This document shows positions 1 to 10,073 of a stretch of 64,000 nt of DNA, one piece after another. Source of the stretch: Polyangiaceae bacterium. GTDB lineage: Bacteria; Myxococcota_A; Polyangia; Polyangiales; Polyangiaceae. Positions within the stretch are counted from its first letter, which is position 1, and the number at the start of each line of letters is the position of its first letter. Position numbers and translations under genes: made by a program. Below the pieces are notes generated by a model, which saw only the letters and a program-made list of their open reading frames with translations, searched no databases and was not told the DNA's origin. The DNA lies in contig JANRKO010000064.1 in assembly GCA_033763455.1 (NCBI GenBank), positions 11,585-75,584 on the forward strand, read 5' to 3'.

Positions 1-72
1 GCGGGAAGACGTTAAGCTAAGGACAATAAGGGCACAGAGGGCTGGACGATGGAGGAGTCGCATTCTTGGCAT
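1..72 (-). CDS. 5' end of a secreted protein, truncated by the window edge; possibly a TonB-dependent receptor or outer-membrane protein
   Basis: Reverse strand from ATG at 72 (or 63) reads MPRMRLLHRPALCALIVLSLTSSR, a basic then hydrophobic signal-peptide-like start, directly after exbD. The product is inferred from context only. Confidence 0.45.
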   Translation of the reverse strand, partial: MPRMRLLHRPALCALIVLSLTSSR

Positions 73-150
73 CGCGGAGTAAGGGGTATCTAACGACAAA
101 GGTCCGTACAGGTGTTCGTGGGAAGGAACCCTAAGGCGGTGAGTGGTCGG

Positions 151-588
151 CTACTTAACGACTTTTTGCGTGAGGATGGCTATCGAGCGGGCACCGCCGC
201 TCCTAGAGAGATCCATCGCTTCCACTGCGACGCCGTAAGGCACGTCGTCGTGCGCGTCGAAATACAGAACTTTTTGATGTTTGGCGGCCAAAAAGCGCGG
301 CAAACGCGACTTCAGCTCTTCTTTTTTGACCACCGTCTTGTTGATGCGGATAACGCCGCCTTTATCCACGGTAAGAACGAGCGGCTCAGCAGAGGGATTC
401 GGCACTACTGGCTGGTTGGTGTCGTCTTGCTTGGGTAAATTGAGCCAAAATGTTTTCGTCATTAGCGGGGTAACCACCATGAAGATGATCAGAACCACTA
501 GCGTTACGTCGACCAGCGGCGTCACATTCACCGTCGGCACGGGCCTGGGTTTCCCACCACCGCCGCCTGCGGAGATACTCATGCCCAT
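151..588 (-). CDS. exbD: ExbD/TolR family biopolymer transport protein
   Basis: NVTPLVDVTLVVLIIFMV transmembrane motif with the conserved Asp; C-terminal ExbD periplasmic domain. Confidence 0.9.
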   Translation of the reverse strand: MGMSISAGGGGGKPRPVPTVNVTPLVDVTLVVLIIFMVVTPLMTKTFWLNLPKQDDTNQPVVPNPSAEPLVLTVDKGGVIRINKTVVKKEELKSRLPRFLAAKHQKVLYFDAHDDVPYGVAVEAMDLSRSGGARSIAILTQKVVK

Positions 589-633
589 GGGCTTACTACC
601 TTTCGCAAGTGAATTTCGCTGACGCGAGACACT

Positions 634-1074
634 TTAGGAAGCACCGCCCCCAGCCTTTCGTTCCATCACCTTGAGGCTCACGCCGGGAAACCCAATCTTC
701 TGCAGCATGGCCAAGTTCTCGCGTACCTTCTTGTAAGGGATCCGCTCGTCTGTCTTGAGCATCACGTTGCGTTCTGGATCCGCTGCGTGGAGCTTCACGA
801 GCAATGGGCGCACGCCACTTTCGTCCAGCACCTGCTTATCCACCAAGTACTTCCCACCATAGGCCATCGCCACGTCGATGGGATTCATGTCTTTAGGCTT
901 GGGATCTGGCTGAAAGATGGAAGGCAACTCGATGTGTTCGCCCTCGTTCAATGCAGGGGCAATCACCATGAAGATAATGAGCAGAACCAGAACAACGTCC
1001 ACCAACGGTGTGACGTTCATTTCCGGCTCAGGCCGCTTCTTGTTCGATCGCCCGGTCGTGAGATTGACGCCCAT
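634..1074 (-). CDS. exbD: ExbD/TolR family biopolymer transport protein
   Basis: MNVTPLVDVVLVLLIIFMV motif; start placed at MGVNLTTG (1074), overlapping the exbB 3' end. Confidence 0.88.
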   Translation of the reverse strand: MGVNLTTGRSNKKRPEPEMNVTPLVDVVLVLLIIFMVIAPALNEGEHIELPSIFQPDPKPKDMNPIDVAMAYGGKYLVDKQVLDESGVRPLLVKLHAADPERNVMLKTDERIPYKKVRENLAMLQKIGFPGVSLKVMERKAGGGAS

Positions 1075-1735
1075 GATGATTCTCCAGATCGTCCAGAAGC
1101 TCGCCAACCGATCGCGCCAACGCCGTTTCAATGGAGTTAACGCGAGCGGTGAGGTAGTTAAAAAACAGCACGGCCGGGATGGCGACCATGAGACCAAACG
1201 CAGTTTCGATCAGTGCCTCGGAAATGCCTGAGGAAACAGCACCAAGTCCACCCGAGCCGGTAGATGCGATACCTTGGAAGGCCGCGATGATACCTACAAC
1301 CGTGCCGAGTAGACCCACGAACGGGGCCACCGAACCTACGGAAGCAAGAATGCCTGTCCCACGGCGCAGCTCCTCGCCGATGGCCTCCTGCCGACGTGCA
1401 GCCTCGCTGCGCGCGAGATCTACGGGGTGAACGTTGCCATTCTCTTGATCGTCTGCGGCGGAGAGGTATTTCTCAATGACTGCGCCGAAAAGCTTGGCCA
1501 GTGCAGAATGCTTGAACTTCTCGCTCTGCAGTAAGATTTCCTCGATGTTCCACTTGTCGAGCAGGGGCGCCATCACCTTGGCAAATGCGGCAGATTCCTT
1601 CGCCGAGCGGTACATGGCGAGGCTTCGCTCCACGACCACGGCGATACTCGCGATGCCCATACACATGAGCGTAAAGGCGATGCTTTTCGCCAAAATGCTC
1701 ATGGAGCCCCAAATGTGAACTAGATCAAAACTCAT
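1028..1735 (-). CDS. exbB: MotA/TolQ/ExbB proton channel protein
   Basis: APFVGLLGTVVGII and GISEALIETAFGLMVAIPA motifs; GAGGAG RBS upstream. Confidence 0.92.
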   Translation of the reverse strand: MSFDLVHIWGSMSILAKSIAFTLMCMGIASIAVVVERSLAMYRSAKESAAFAKVMAPLLDKWNIEEILLQSEKFKHSALAKLFGAVIEKYLSAADDQENGNVHPVDLARSEAARRQEAIGEELRRGTGILASVGSVAPFVGLLGTVVGIIAAFQGIASTGSGGLGAVSSGISEALIETAFGLMVAIPAVLFFNYLTARVNSIETALARSVGELLDDLENHHGRQSHDRAIEQEAA

Positions 1736-1776
1736 AACGCTTCTCCTCGGTCTTTCGCTTAATTAGAAGGGCTCTC

Positions 1777-2523
1777 TTAGGTGGTGATGCGGAACGGGAA
1801 ACGAGCAATCCTGAACACTGCCACGGGACGCCCCTCATACATCGCAGGCTCAAACGTCCATTGCGACACGGCATCAATGCAGGCCTGCCGCAACTCAGCG
1901 GGGCCCCGCACCACCTGCACGTTCGTGACCTTGCCAGTCTCTGTTACAACATACTTGATAATGACGGTGCCTTCGATACCCGCCTGTTTGGCTGAGCTCG
2001 GGTACGAAGGAGCGCCTTGGCTGAGGGATTTCGGGGGCGTGACGTTTTCGGTGACACGCATCGGCCCGCGAGGAACAGCTTTCGGCGGCGGAGGCGGCGC
2101 GGGCTTCTCTTCCACCTTGGGGGGAGCTCGGCGTGCCCCGGAGGACACCACACCGTTGGCGTAAGGATCCCCTTCATAGGGATTTGAATCGGTGGGCTCG
2201 GCTTCGGTGAGCGGAGCATCGGAAACCTCGGTGGGAGGCTTCAAACTGGGCATCACGCGCTGATTCACGGGCGGCGGAGGTTGATTGGCAACCGGAGGCG
2301 GTTCTGGCTCAGGCTCGGGCTCAAGTTCCGGCTCAGGCTCGGGCGCCTCAGCAAGTTTCACTTCGAGCACCTTTTCGTCTGCAGGCTCGGCCTCAACGGG
2401 CGCAGCTAGAAAGGAGACCGCTACCACCCCAGCAATGATCGCTGCACCCAGCATTCCCCCCATTGCGAGGCGCCAGCGCCTAAGCCGATCCACTCCGTGC
2501 GTGGTCCAAACCGCGATGTCCAT
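1777..2523 (-). CDS. tonB: Energy transducer TonB
   Basis: N-terminal TM, EP/Pro-rich linker, TonB_C domain (YPSSAKQAGIEGTV...WTFEPA). Confidence 0.9.
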   Translation of the reverse strand: MDIAVWTTHGVDRLRRWRLAMGGMLGAAIIAGVVAVSFLAAPVEAEPADEKVLEVKLAEAPEPEPELEPEPEPEPPPVANQPPPPVNQRVMPSLKPPTEVSDAPLTEAEPTDSNPYEGDPYANGVVSSGARRAPPKVEEKPAPPPPPKAVPRGPMRVTENVTPPKSLSQGAPSYPSSAKQAGIEGTVIIKYVVTETGKVTNVQVVRGPAELRQACIDAVSQWTFEPAMYEGRPVAVFRIARFPFRITT

Positions 2524-2548
2524 TCAGGGGCGGAGCTTGCTCAGAGTG

Positions 2549-2565
2549 TGTGACATGCGCGTGAC
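2549..2565 (-). promoter_or_regulatory. Pho-box-like direct repeat upstream of tonB
   Basis: GTGAC at 2550-2554 and 2561-2565 (GTCAC on minus strand), 11-bp period, ~25 nt upstream of the tonB ATG. Confidence 0.7.
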
Positions 2566-2715
2566 GCCACGGGAAATTGACCGTGAAGCAAGCTGGCCGC
2601 ATTTTTCGCAAGGATCTTAAAGTTGTGACACACAAACGCCTCATGATCGTCATGAAACCGGGGCGCGCGTGGCGACCCGCCCCCAGAAAGCACTCACCCC
2701 ACAGGTGCTACGGTG

Positions 2716-2734
2716 CTGTCACCTTGAGGTCACA
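2716..2734 (+). promoter_or_regulatory. Pho-box-like direct repeat upstream of phoB-like RR1
   Basis: CTGTCACcttgagGTCACA; GTCAC at 2718 and 2729, 11-bp period. Confidence 0.75.
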
Positions 2735-2763
2735 CTTCAGCAGTATGCCGTCATTCGTAAGTG

Positions 2764-3459
2764 ATGACCCAGATCCTGGTCGTGGAGGACGAACGCGATA
2801 TCGCGGATGTCCTAGACTACAATTTGACTAATGCCGGCTACGAAGTCTTGGCGGCAGCATGCGGTCAAGATGGGCTCAAATTAGCTCGTGCAAGAAAGCC
2901 TGATTTGGTGCTGCTCGATCTGATGTTGCCTGATATTTCAGGGACGGAAGTTTGTCGCGCACTCAAGGACGATCCGAACACGCGCGGTTTACCTGTTATC
3001 ATGGTCTCGGCGCGCGGGGAGGAGATAGACCGCGTAGTTGGCTTCGAGCTCGGCGTGGAAGATTACGTCACCAAGCCGTTTAGTATGCGCGAGCTGCTGT
3101 TGCGCATTAAGGCCGTCCTCCGCCGGCAGAGCCCAAAGGGGGAAGTCTCTGGTCAGTTTCTGGAGTTCGGGGAGTTACGCATCGATCTGGGCGCCCATCG
3201 AGTTTGGGTCCGGGAGGTTGAGGTGGAGCTCACCGCGATTGAGTTCAAGCTTCTCACCACCCTCCACGATCGCCAAAACCGCGTTCAGTCGAGGGCGGCC
3301 CTGCTCGACCACGTTTGGGGGATGGATACCAAGGTCACCACCCGGACGGTGGACGCACACGTCAAGCGCCTCCGCCAGAAGCTGGGGGCTGCCCGTGACT
3401 ATGTGGAGACGGTTCGGGGGGTGGGGTATCGATTCGCCGAAGCCCCCCTGGCTTCCTGA
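2764..3459 (+). CDS. phoB: OmpR/PhoB family response regulator (PhoB-like 1)
   Basis: REC domain (VVEDE, LLDLMLP, KPF) plus winged helix (RTVDAHVKRLR, TVRGVGYRF); directly upstream of pstS. Confidence 0.88.
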   Translation: MTQILVVEDERDIADVLDYNLTNAGYEVLAAACGQDGLKLARARKPDLVLLDLMLPDISGTEVCRALKDDPNTRGLPVIMVSARGEEIDRVVGFELGVEDYVTKPFSMRELLLRIKAVLRRQSPKGEVSGQFLEFGELRIDLGAHRVWVREVEVELTAIEFKLLTTLHDRQNRVQSRAALLDHVWGMDTKVTTRTVDAHVKRLRQKLGAARDYVETVRGVGYRFAEAPLAS

Positions 3460-3518
3460 CAGCCATGGCCGTGCATAAAATCTGCGCATTTTTCCCGAAC
3501 TTTGCGGGATTAGCCCGT

Positions 3519-3537
3519 TGTCACAGAAACGTCACAC
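3519..3537 (+). promoter_or_regulatory. Pho-box-like direct repeat upstream of pstS
   Basis: TGTCACAgaaacGTCACAC; GTCACA at 3520 and 3531, 11-bp period. Confidence 0.8.
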
Positions 3538-3591
3538 AGGTGTTGCAGCCTGGCCTTCCTGGCTCGGCCGGGGGTTGGTAGGAGCACCCGC

Positions 3592-4686
3592 ATGATTCGA
3601 CGAACCCTTCTGGCGACATTGGCTACGGCCCTATTGGCGGTTGTTGGCTGCTCTAAATCTGAGGCTCCGGGCGGTACCGGTCCCGGGGCACCCCCTCCGG
3701 CCCCAGCCGGCCCAGTCAAGCTCACGGGGGCCGGGGCTACCTTCCCCTATCCCCTCTACTCGAAGTGGATGGATGAGTACCGGAAGCTTAAGCCGGGCGT
3801 TCAAATCAACTATCAGTCGATCGGTTCGGGCGGTGGCATCCGCCAAGTGATCGCCGGCACCGTCGACTTCGGCGCCACCGACGCGCCTATGAATGATGAG
3901 GAGGCGAAGAAAGCTCCTCACAAGTTGTTCCACCTACCGATGACGCTCGGAGCCGTAGCGGTCGTGTACAACGTGGCAGAGCTCAAAGCACCTCTCAAGC
4001 TGACACCCGATGTTCTCGTCGACATCTACCTCGGCAAGATCACCAAGTGGAACGACGCTCGCCTCAAGGCTTTGAATGAAGGCGCCGCGCTTCCTGCCGC
4101 AGACATTCGTGTCGTTTCACGCAGCGACGGCAGCGGAACCACGGCAGTATTCACTGATTATTTGGGCACCGTAAGCCCTGAATGGAAAGAGAAAGTTGGC
4201 GTCGGCAAGAGCGTGAAGTGGCCTGTTGGCCTTTCTGCCAAAGGCAATGAGGGCGTTTCCGGCAGCGTTAGCACCACGCCCGGTTCTATTGGCTACGCCG
4301 AGCTTGCGTACGCGCTCCAGACTGGGCTTTCGATGGCAGCGCTGAAGAGCGTCGTTGGCGAATTTGTTACCCCAAGCATCGAAGCCGTCACCGCTGCTGC
4401 TGAAGGCGTCGAACTTCCCGATTCACTGCACGTTTCGATCGTGAATTCTGCCGCACCTAAGGCCTATCCGATCAGCTCGTACACGTACCTTCTGGTCTAC
4501 GAAGATATGCCGGACGCCGCCAAGGCGCAGGCACTCAGCGAATTTTTGTGGTGGGCCATCCACGACGGCCAAAAACTGTCAGGAACGCTGCACTACGCTC
4601 CGCTCCCCGCAAAGGCCATCGGCAAGATCGAGGCTCGGCTGAAAGAGCTCAAATCAGGAGGAAAATCTCTACTTGGGAGCCCTTGA
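3592..4686 (+). CDS. pstS: Phosphate ABC transporter substrate-binding lipoprotein
   Basis: Lipobox VVGC; GAGATFPYPLY, YQSIGSGGG, RSDGSGTT motifs; AGGAG RBS. Confidence 0.96.
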   Translation: MIRRTLLATLATALLAVVGCSKSEAPGGTGPGAPPPAPAGPVKLTGAGATFPYPLYSKWMDEYRKLKPGVQINYQSIGSGGGIRQVIAGTVDFGATDAPMNDEEAKKAPHKLFHLPMTLGAVAVVYNVAELKAPLKLTPDVLVDIYLGKITKWNDARLKALNEGAALPAADIRVVSRSDGSGTTAVFTDYLGTVSPEWKEKVGVGKSVKWPVGLSAKGNEGVSGSVSTTPGSIGYAELAYALQTGLSMAALKSVVGEFVTPSIEAVTAAAEGVELPDSLHVSIVNSAAPKAYPISSYTYLLVYEDMPDAAKAQALSEFLWWAIHDGQKLSGTLHYAPLPAKAIGKIEARLKELKSGGKSLLGSP

Positions 4687-4712
4687 CGGGCGACTGAGCT
4701 AGACAGCGGCCC

Positions 4713-5696
4713 ATGGCCACGCACCACGAAAGTCTCGTCCGTCCCCGTCCTAAGTGGCTCAAGCCATTTGGGAGTGAGGTGAATTGGGGCGATGCGATCT
4801 TTCGCACGCTGACACTGCTATTTGCTCTGGTCGTGGTGGCCGCCCTCGCAGGCATGGCTGTGCAGATGTTGAAGGCCTCCAAGCTGAGCCTGGCGACGTT
4901 TGGCCTTGGCTTCATCACATCCACGTCGTGGGATCCTGTACAAGATCAGTTCGGTGCGCTCCCGTTCATTTTTGGGACGGTTGTCTCTTCGCTGTTGGCG
5001 CTGGTGCTGGCCGTCCCAGTCTCTTTGGGGATCGCCGTCTTCCTGACCGAGATGTGCCCGGCCTGGCTCAAGAACCCGGTGGCCTTCTTGATTGAGCTGC
5101 TTGCTGCCGTGCCGAGCGTTGTGTACGGGCTCTGGGGCATTTTTGCATTGGCTCCTTTCATGCGCGAGGTGGTGGAACCCGCACTCGAAGCAACTCTGGG
5201 CTTTTTGCCCTTTTTCCAAGGGCCGGCACAAGGGTTTGGAATGCTGACCGGAGCGGTGATTTTGGCCATTATGATCACCCCTACCGTCTCTTCCGTGAGC
5301 CGCGAGGTATTGAATGCAGTGCCCAGCACCTTACGGGAGGGTTCCTACGCCCTCGGGGCTACGCGCTGGGAAACGCTGCGCACCGTCATTCTGCCCTTCG
5401 CGCGTTCGGGGTTGGTGGGCGCCACTATCTTGGGGCTCGGGCGTGCCCTCGGGGAAACCATGGCTATCACCATGGTGATCGGCAACCGTCCGCAGATGAG
5501 CGCGTCGCTTTTTGCGCCGTCGTATACGATGGCAAGCGTGATCGCGAACGAGTTCACGGAGGCAACGGGCGACCTCTACCTTTCAGCCCTCGCCGAAATT
5601 GGATTCTTGCTGTTTGCCGTCACGCTTATCTTAAATATTGTTGCCCGCGCCTTGGTCTGGCGGGTAGCACGCCTGCCTGCGGGGGGTAGGTTATGA
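4713..5696 (+). CDS. pstC: Phosphate ABC transporter permease
   Basis: PSVVYGLWG, EAA-type loop, LGRALGETMA, IANEF motifs. Confidence 0.95.
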   Translation: MATHHESLVRPRPKWLKPFGSEVNWGDAIFRTLTLLFALVVVAALAGMAVQMLKASKLSLATFGLGFITSTSWDPVQDQFGALPFIFGTVVSSLLALVLAVPVSLGIAVFLTEMCPAWLKNPVAFLIELLAAVPSVVYGLWGIFALAPFMREVVEPALEATLGFLPFFQGPAQGFGMLTGAVILAIMITPTVSSVSREVLNAVPSTLREGSYALGATRWETLRTVILPFARSGLVGATILGLGRALGETMAITMVIGNRPQMSASLFAPSYTMASVIANEFTEATGDLYLSALAEIGFLLFAVTLILNIVARALVWRVARLPAGGRL

Positions 5697-6550
5697 GCCG
5701 CATTACCGGCGAACACCACGCTCTCAGGAAGTTTACGAATGCAGCCTTCAGCGCCGCATGCGTGGTTGCCACAGTGATCGCTGTAGTTCCGCTATTTGGC
5801 ATTCTCTATTACGTGGCAGCACGGGGCATGCAAGGCATCAACTGGGATTTCTTCACCCAATTGCCCAAGCCCGTGGGGGAAACCGGCGGCGGCATGGCCA
5901 ACGGCATCTTGGGCACGCTCAAGCTCGTGGGGTTGGCCTCGGTGATGGGCATTCCCCCAGGGGTACTCGCCGGAGTGTACCTAGCGGAGTTTGGTCAAAC
6001 CCGTATGGGCTCGGTGGTGCGGTTTTCGGCGGACGTATTGTCGGGCATTCCCTCCATCACGGTAGGTATCTTCATTTATTCGCTGGTGGTGCTCACCACG
6101 AAAACCTTCTCCACCATTGCCGGAGCTCTTGCGCTTGCCGTGATCATGTTGCCGACGGTCACCCGCACGACCGAGGAACTCCTACGCCTGGTGCCAGAGT
6201 CCCTGCGAGAAGCGGCCCTCGGGCTCGGCGTCCCCAAGTGGCGCGCCACACTGCGAGTCATGCTCCGCACTGCTGCTCCTGGAATTGCCGTGGGCATCAT
6301 GTTGGCCGTGGCTCGCGTGGCCGGAGAAACAGCTCCGCTGCTCTTCACGGCCTTCAGCAATCGGTTCTGGTCGGATAGCCTGCTCGAACCTACCGCCTCG
6401 TTGCCAGTGCAAATCTACACCTATGCCGTTTCGCCCTTCGAAGATTGGCACCGCCAGGCCTGGGCTGCGGCACTCGTTCTCGTTAGCCTGGTGTTGATTC
6501 TCAACATCTCGGCGCGTCTCCTCGTTCGAAACCGTGTGAGAAAGCAATGA
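5693..6550 (+). CDS. pstA: Phosphate ABC transporter permease
   Basis: LREAALGLG and [10 protein letters not shown] motifs; ATGA overlap with pstC. Confidence 0.95.
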   Translation: MSRITGEHHALRKFTNAAFSAACVVATVIAVVPLFGILYYVAARGMQGINWDFFTQLPKPVGETGGGMANGILGTLKLVGLASVMGIPPGVLAGVYLAEFGQTRMGSVVRFSADVLSGIPSITVGIFIYSLVVLTTKTFSTIAGALALAVIMLPTVTRTTEELLRLVPESLREAALGLGVPKWRATLRVMLRTAAPGIAVGIMLAVARVAGETAPLLFTAFSNRFWSDSLLEPTASLPVQIYTYAVSPFEDWHRQAWAAALVLVSLVLILNISARLLVRNRVRKQ

Positions 6551-7440
6551 GCTTTTCCCTAGAATCCGAATCCTCATCCGCCATGCTTGCGGCGCGCACC
6601 GTACCCGAGGGCAAATCGAGCCCGAGTGCTTCGGATGCCGAGGCTTCCAATCCGCTCGCTGCCGAGTTCCAATTGAACACCAAGGCGAATTCCAAGATGC
6701 AGGCCGAAGACCTGCATGCGTATTTCGGCAACACCCATGTGCTGAAGGGCATCACGCTGCCGATCCTAGAAAAGAAGGTCACAGCCATTATCGGCCCTTC
6801 AGGTTGCGGAAAATCCACCTTTATCCGCTGCTTGAACCGCATGCACGAAGTCGTTCCCAACGCGAAGGCCAAGGGCAAGGTTACACTTGAAGGTTTAGAT
6901 ATTTACGGCCGCGACGTGGATCCGGTCCGCGTGCGGCGCCGAGTCGGCATGGTCTTCCAAAAGCCCAACCCCTTTCCCACGATGTCGATTCGCGACAACG
7001 TCTTGGCGGGCCTGCGGCTCAATGGCATCCGAGTGAGCGACCCAGATACCCGCGTGGAGCGCGCACTTTGCCAGGTTGCCCTGTGGGATGAAGTGAAAGA
7101 CCGCCTAGATCGCGCGGGCACCAGCCTCTCGGGCGGCCAGCAGCAGCGGCTCTGTATCGCAAGGTCCTTGGCCATGGAGCCCGAGGTGATCCTCATGGAT
7201 GAGCCGTGTTCTGCGCTGGATCCTATCGCTACAGCACGAGTGGAAGAGCTCATTCACGAGCTCCGCGAGGACTACACCATCGTAATTGTGACCCACAACA
7301 TGCAGCAGGCCGCCCGCGTCGCCAACTACACCGCCTTTTTCTATCTCGGAGAAGTTGTCGAGTTCGACAAGACGGATGCTATATTTACCCACCCTAAGCA
7401 ACGCCGGACGGAAGACTACATCACCGGCCGTTTTGGATGA
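6547..7440 (+). CDS. pstB: Phosphate ABC transporter ATPase
   Basis: [43 protein letters not shown]. Confidence 0.97.
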   Translation: MSFSLESESSSAMLAARTVPEGKSSPSASDAEASNPLAAEFQLNTKANSKMQAEDLHAYFGNTHVLKGITLPILEKKVTAIIGPSGCGKSTFIRCLNRMHEVVPNAKAKGKVTLEGLDIYGRDVDPVRVRRRVGMVFQKPNPFPTMSIRDNVLAGLRLNGIRVSDPDTRVERALCQVALWDEVKDRLDRAGTSLSGGQQQRLCIARSLAMEPEVILMDEPCSALDPIATARVEELIHELREDYTIVIVTHNMQQAARVANYTAFFYLGEVVEFDKTDAIFTHPKQRRTEDYITGRFG

Positions 7441-7453
7441 AAGCCGAGGCTCT

Positions 7454-8146
7454 TTGGACCGTAAGCATACCGACCGCGAATACGACCGAGAGCTGGACAC
7501 CCTACGCGAGCAGGTGTTGCTCATGGGCGCGCGTGTTGAAGAAATGATCAATAACGCGCTTGCCGCGTTCGAAACAAGAAACATCGATCTCGCACGTCAA
7601 ACCATCGCGATGGATCGGCAAATTGATCTCCTAGAGATTGATATCGATCAGATGTGCATCAAAGTCTTGGCTCGGCGTCAACCAGTGGCCTCGGATCTTC
7701 GATTTGTGATGATGACGTTCAAACACGTTACAGATCTCGAACGCATTGGAGATCTCGGCGTGAACATTTGTGAGCGCGTTCTAGACCTCGGAGATCGGGT
7801 AGTGCTTCGGGAGGCGGCCGGCTCCGTGGTGCGTATGGGCCATGTTGCGCAGCAGATGCTCCATGATGCCCTTGATGCGTTTGTGGCGGCTGACCCCCAT
7901 AAAGCGCAAGAAGTGATACGGCGCGATCAGCAGGTGGATACCTATTACGCGCAGCTATTTCCCGAGCTAGTTACCGCGATGATGCAAGACCCAAGCTTGG
8001 TGGTGAGGGCAACCCAGTTGCAGTCGATCAGCAAGAACATTGAGCGCATCGCCGATCATGCAACAAACCTCGCCGAGATGGTGGTGTACATGGTGAAGGG
8101 GCAAGATGTGCGCCACCACGTTGCAGATGCCAACCGCGAAAACTGA
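7454..8146 (+). CDS. phoU: Phosphate signalling protein PhoU
   Basis: RRQPVASDLR, DLERIGD, IERIADHATN; start placed at TTG 7454 after GAGG (uncertain). Confidence 0.93.
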   Translation: MDRKHTDREYDRELDTLREQVLLMGARVEEMINNALAAFETRNIDLARQTIAMDRQIDLLEIDIDQMCIKVLARRQPVASDLRFVMMTFKHVTDLERIGDLGVNICERVLDLGDRVVLREAAGSVVRMGHVAQQMLHDALDAFVAADPHKAQEVIRRDQQVDTYYAQLFPELVTAMMQDPSLVVRATQLQSISKNIERIADHATNLAEMVVYMVKGQDVRHHVADANREN

Positions 8147-8180
8147 TAGCTGAAAGCCCAAAGGTGGCGTGGTTGCAACG

Positions 8181-10073
8181 TCAGCCCGACACATCGGCTT
8201 CGGCATCCACTGGCGCAACCGCTACGGCGATTCTGGTGGAGCTGCCAGTGCGCTCTTCAGGCGCATTTCGTAAGGCCACCGTAAAAGTGGTGCCGACTCC
8301 CTCGGTGGACTGGACCGAAACCGTACCCTTCATCGCCTCCGTCATGTGTTTCACTATGGCGAGGCCCAAGCCCGTTCCCCCGAGTTCGCGAGACCTGCCA
8401 GCGTCTACCCGGTAGAAACGCTCAAATAGGCGCGGCAGGTGCTTACTCGCAATGCCCGGGCCGGAATTCTCAACCATAAGCTTGGTAAAGCCTTCTGATA
8501 CCTCCACGTGAGTTCGAATCGTGCCACCAAGGCTCGAATATTTGACAGCGTTGTCGATTAGGTTGGTGAGTACGTGTTCAAGCGCGCGCCTATCACCGGT
8601 GACCCAATACTTGTTGGGCTCCACATCCTGATGAATCGTTAAATTCCTCTTTTCAGCGCGCTCCAGGAAGAGCGCGACGGCATGCTCCACCGCCATGGCC
8701 AGATCAATCGATTCGAGGTTGAGCTTAAGCTCGCGCGACTCGATCCGTGAAAGCTCCAACAGATCTTCAACGAGTTGGCCCAGCCGTTCCGCGTTGCGTG
8801 CGATGATGGGCAAGAAACGCTTGCGGGCTTTGGCATCTTGGTCGGGCGCTCCTTCCAGCGTTTCAGTCGCGGAAAGAATCGCGGCCACTGGTGTTCGTAG
8901 CTCGTGCGAAACGTTCGCCACGAAATCGCGCCGCAAAGATTCCAAGCGGCGCATCTCCGTGACGTCGACAAAAACGGCGAAAACACCCCCTTCTTCGGTG
9001 CGCAGCCGCGCGGCCCGTGCCAGCAAAACTCTCGGCTTTAGCCCACCCACCTCAAGCACGGTGGAGACGGCTTCCGTCGCTGTTCCAGCTCGATCTAGAA
9101 GCTCCTTGAGCTCCGTGTGGCGGAGCACCTCCAACACCATTTTTCCTATCGCATCTTGCCCGAGGAGCAGCATTTCTCGGAGCGCAGGGTTGGTGAGAGT
9201 AACATATCCGTTCACGTCCAGCACCAGCACGCCCTCTTGCATCCCCCGCAAGATGGCACCCAACCGATCACGCTCTTCGCTCAGCTGCTCCACCGTACTC
9301 GAGAGCCCCTGCGCGAGCTGATCGAGTGCAAGGCTCAATTGGGCAAATTCATCGGTGCCCGACATGCGAATGCGGACGTCCAGATCCCCGCGTGCCATTC
9401 GCCCGGCCGCTTCAACGAGCGTGCGAATCCCGCGAGACGCAAGCTGAGCAGCCAAGGAAGACAACAGCACCGCCAGCATCAACGCCAACGCAGTCGCAAA
9501 GCCCAGCGCGCGTCGCAGATCAGAGATCGCGGCCTCCACCTCACGCAGGGGCGTCGACACTCTGACCACACCTGTAAACGGAGTTGCCTGCCCGTTGCCC
9601 TTCTGAGCAACCGAAGGAAAATTCCCCCGAGCGTCAGAGCCTACTCGCACGGCCACGTACGCCATCGGTTCCCTGACCGTGGCAGAGAGTCGCTCGGCGT
9701 GGCCCTGCCCTGTCTGCATTGCGTCTAGAACTTCGGGGCGCTGTGCGTGATTCTCCACCTGGGAGAGCGCGCTCCGTGCCACGTCTGAGTCCCCCACCAC
9801 CACGCCATCGCGCCGAATCAAGGTGACGCGCACCGAGCCCATTTTTCCGATGCTATCTGCCAGCGCGTCCCACGAATTCAGGTCGTCAGGTGCGAGCCTT
9901 ACCGAACGAACTTGGTCCGCCACGATCTCGGCATGGGTTACTAAGCTTTTCTGAATGCGCGCCGACACCCCACTTTCCAGCTGGGTGCGCATAAAAATGT
10001 AAGCTACCCCGATGCACGCCGCGATCAAACTCAGAAAAACGGTAAAGAGTTTGCCGCGGATGCCAAGCTTCAA
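8181..10073 (-). CDS. phoR: PhoR-like sensor histidine kinase (2 TM, HAMP, PAS, HisKA, HATPase)
   Basis: RRDFVANVSHELRTP, NLIDNAVKY, FERFYRVD, GGTGLGL; overlaps the RR2 stop. Confidence 0.9.
   Translation of the reverse strand: MKLGIRGKLFTVFLSLIAACIGVAYIFMRTQLESGVSARIQKSLVTHAEIVADQVRSVRLAPDDLNSWDALADSIGKMGSVRVTLIRRDGVVVGDSDVARSALSQVENHAQRPEVLDAMQTGQGHAERLSATVREPMAYVAVRVGSDARGNFPSVAQKGNGQATPFTGVVRVSTPLREVEAAISDLRRALGFATALALMLAVLLSSLAAQLASRGIRTLVEAAGRMARGDLDVRIRMSGTDEFAQLSLALDQLAQGLSSTVEQLSEERDRLGAILRGMQEGVLVLDVNGYVTLTNPALREMLLLGQDAIGKMVLEVLRHTELKELLDRAGTATEAVSTVLEVGGLKPRVLLARAARLRTEEGGVFAVFVDVTEMRRLESLRRDFVANVSHELRTPVAAILSATETLEGAPDQDAKARKRFLPIIARNAERLGQLVEDLLELSRIESRELKLNLESIDLAMAVEHAVALFLERAEKRNLTIHQDVEPNKYWVTGDRRALEHVLTNLIDNAVKYSSLGGTIRTHVEVSEGFTKLMVENSGPGIASKHLPRLFERFYRVDAGRSRELGGTGLGLAIVKHMTEAMKGTVSVQSTEGVGTTFTVALRNAPEERTGSSTRIAVAVAPVDAEADVSG

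Noticed and set aside
151..2523. TolQ plus two TolR as the AglRQS gliding motor or Tol-Pal
   Set aside because: No glt, tolB or pal genes are visible in the window; a canonical TonB and a Pho box favour uptake. Not formally excluded without phylogeny.
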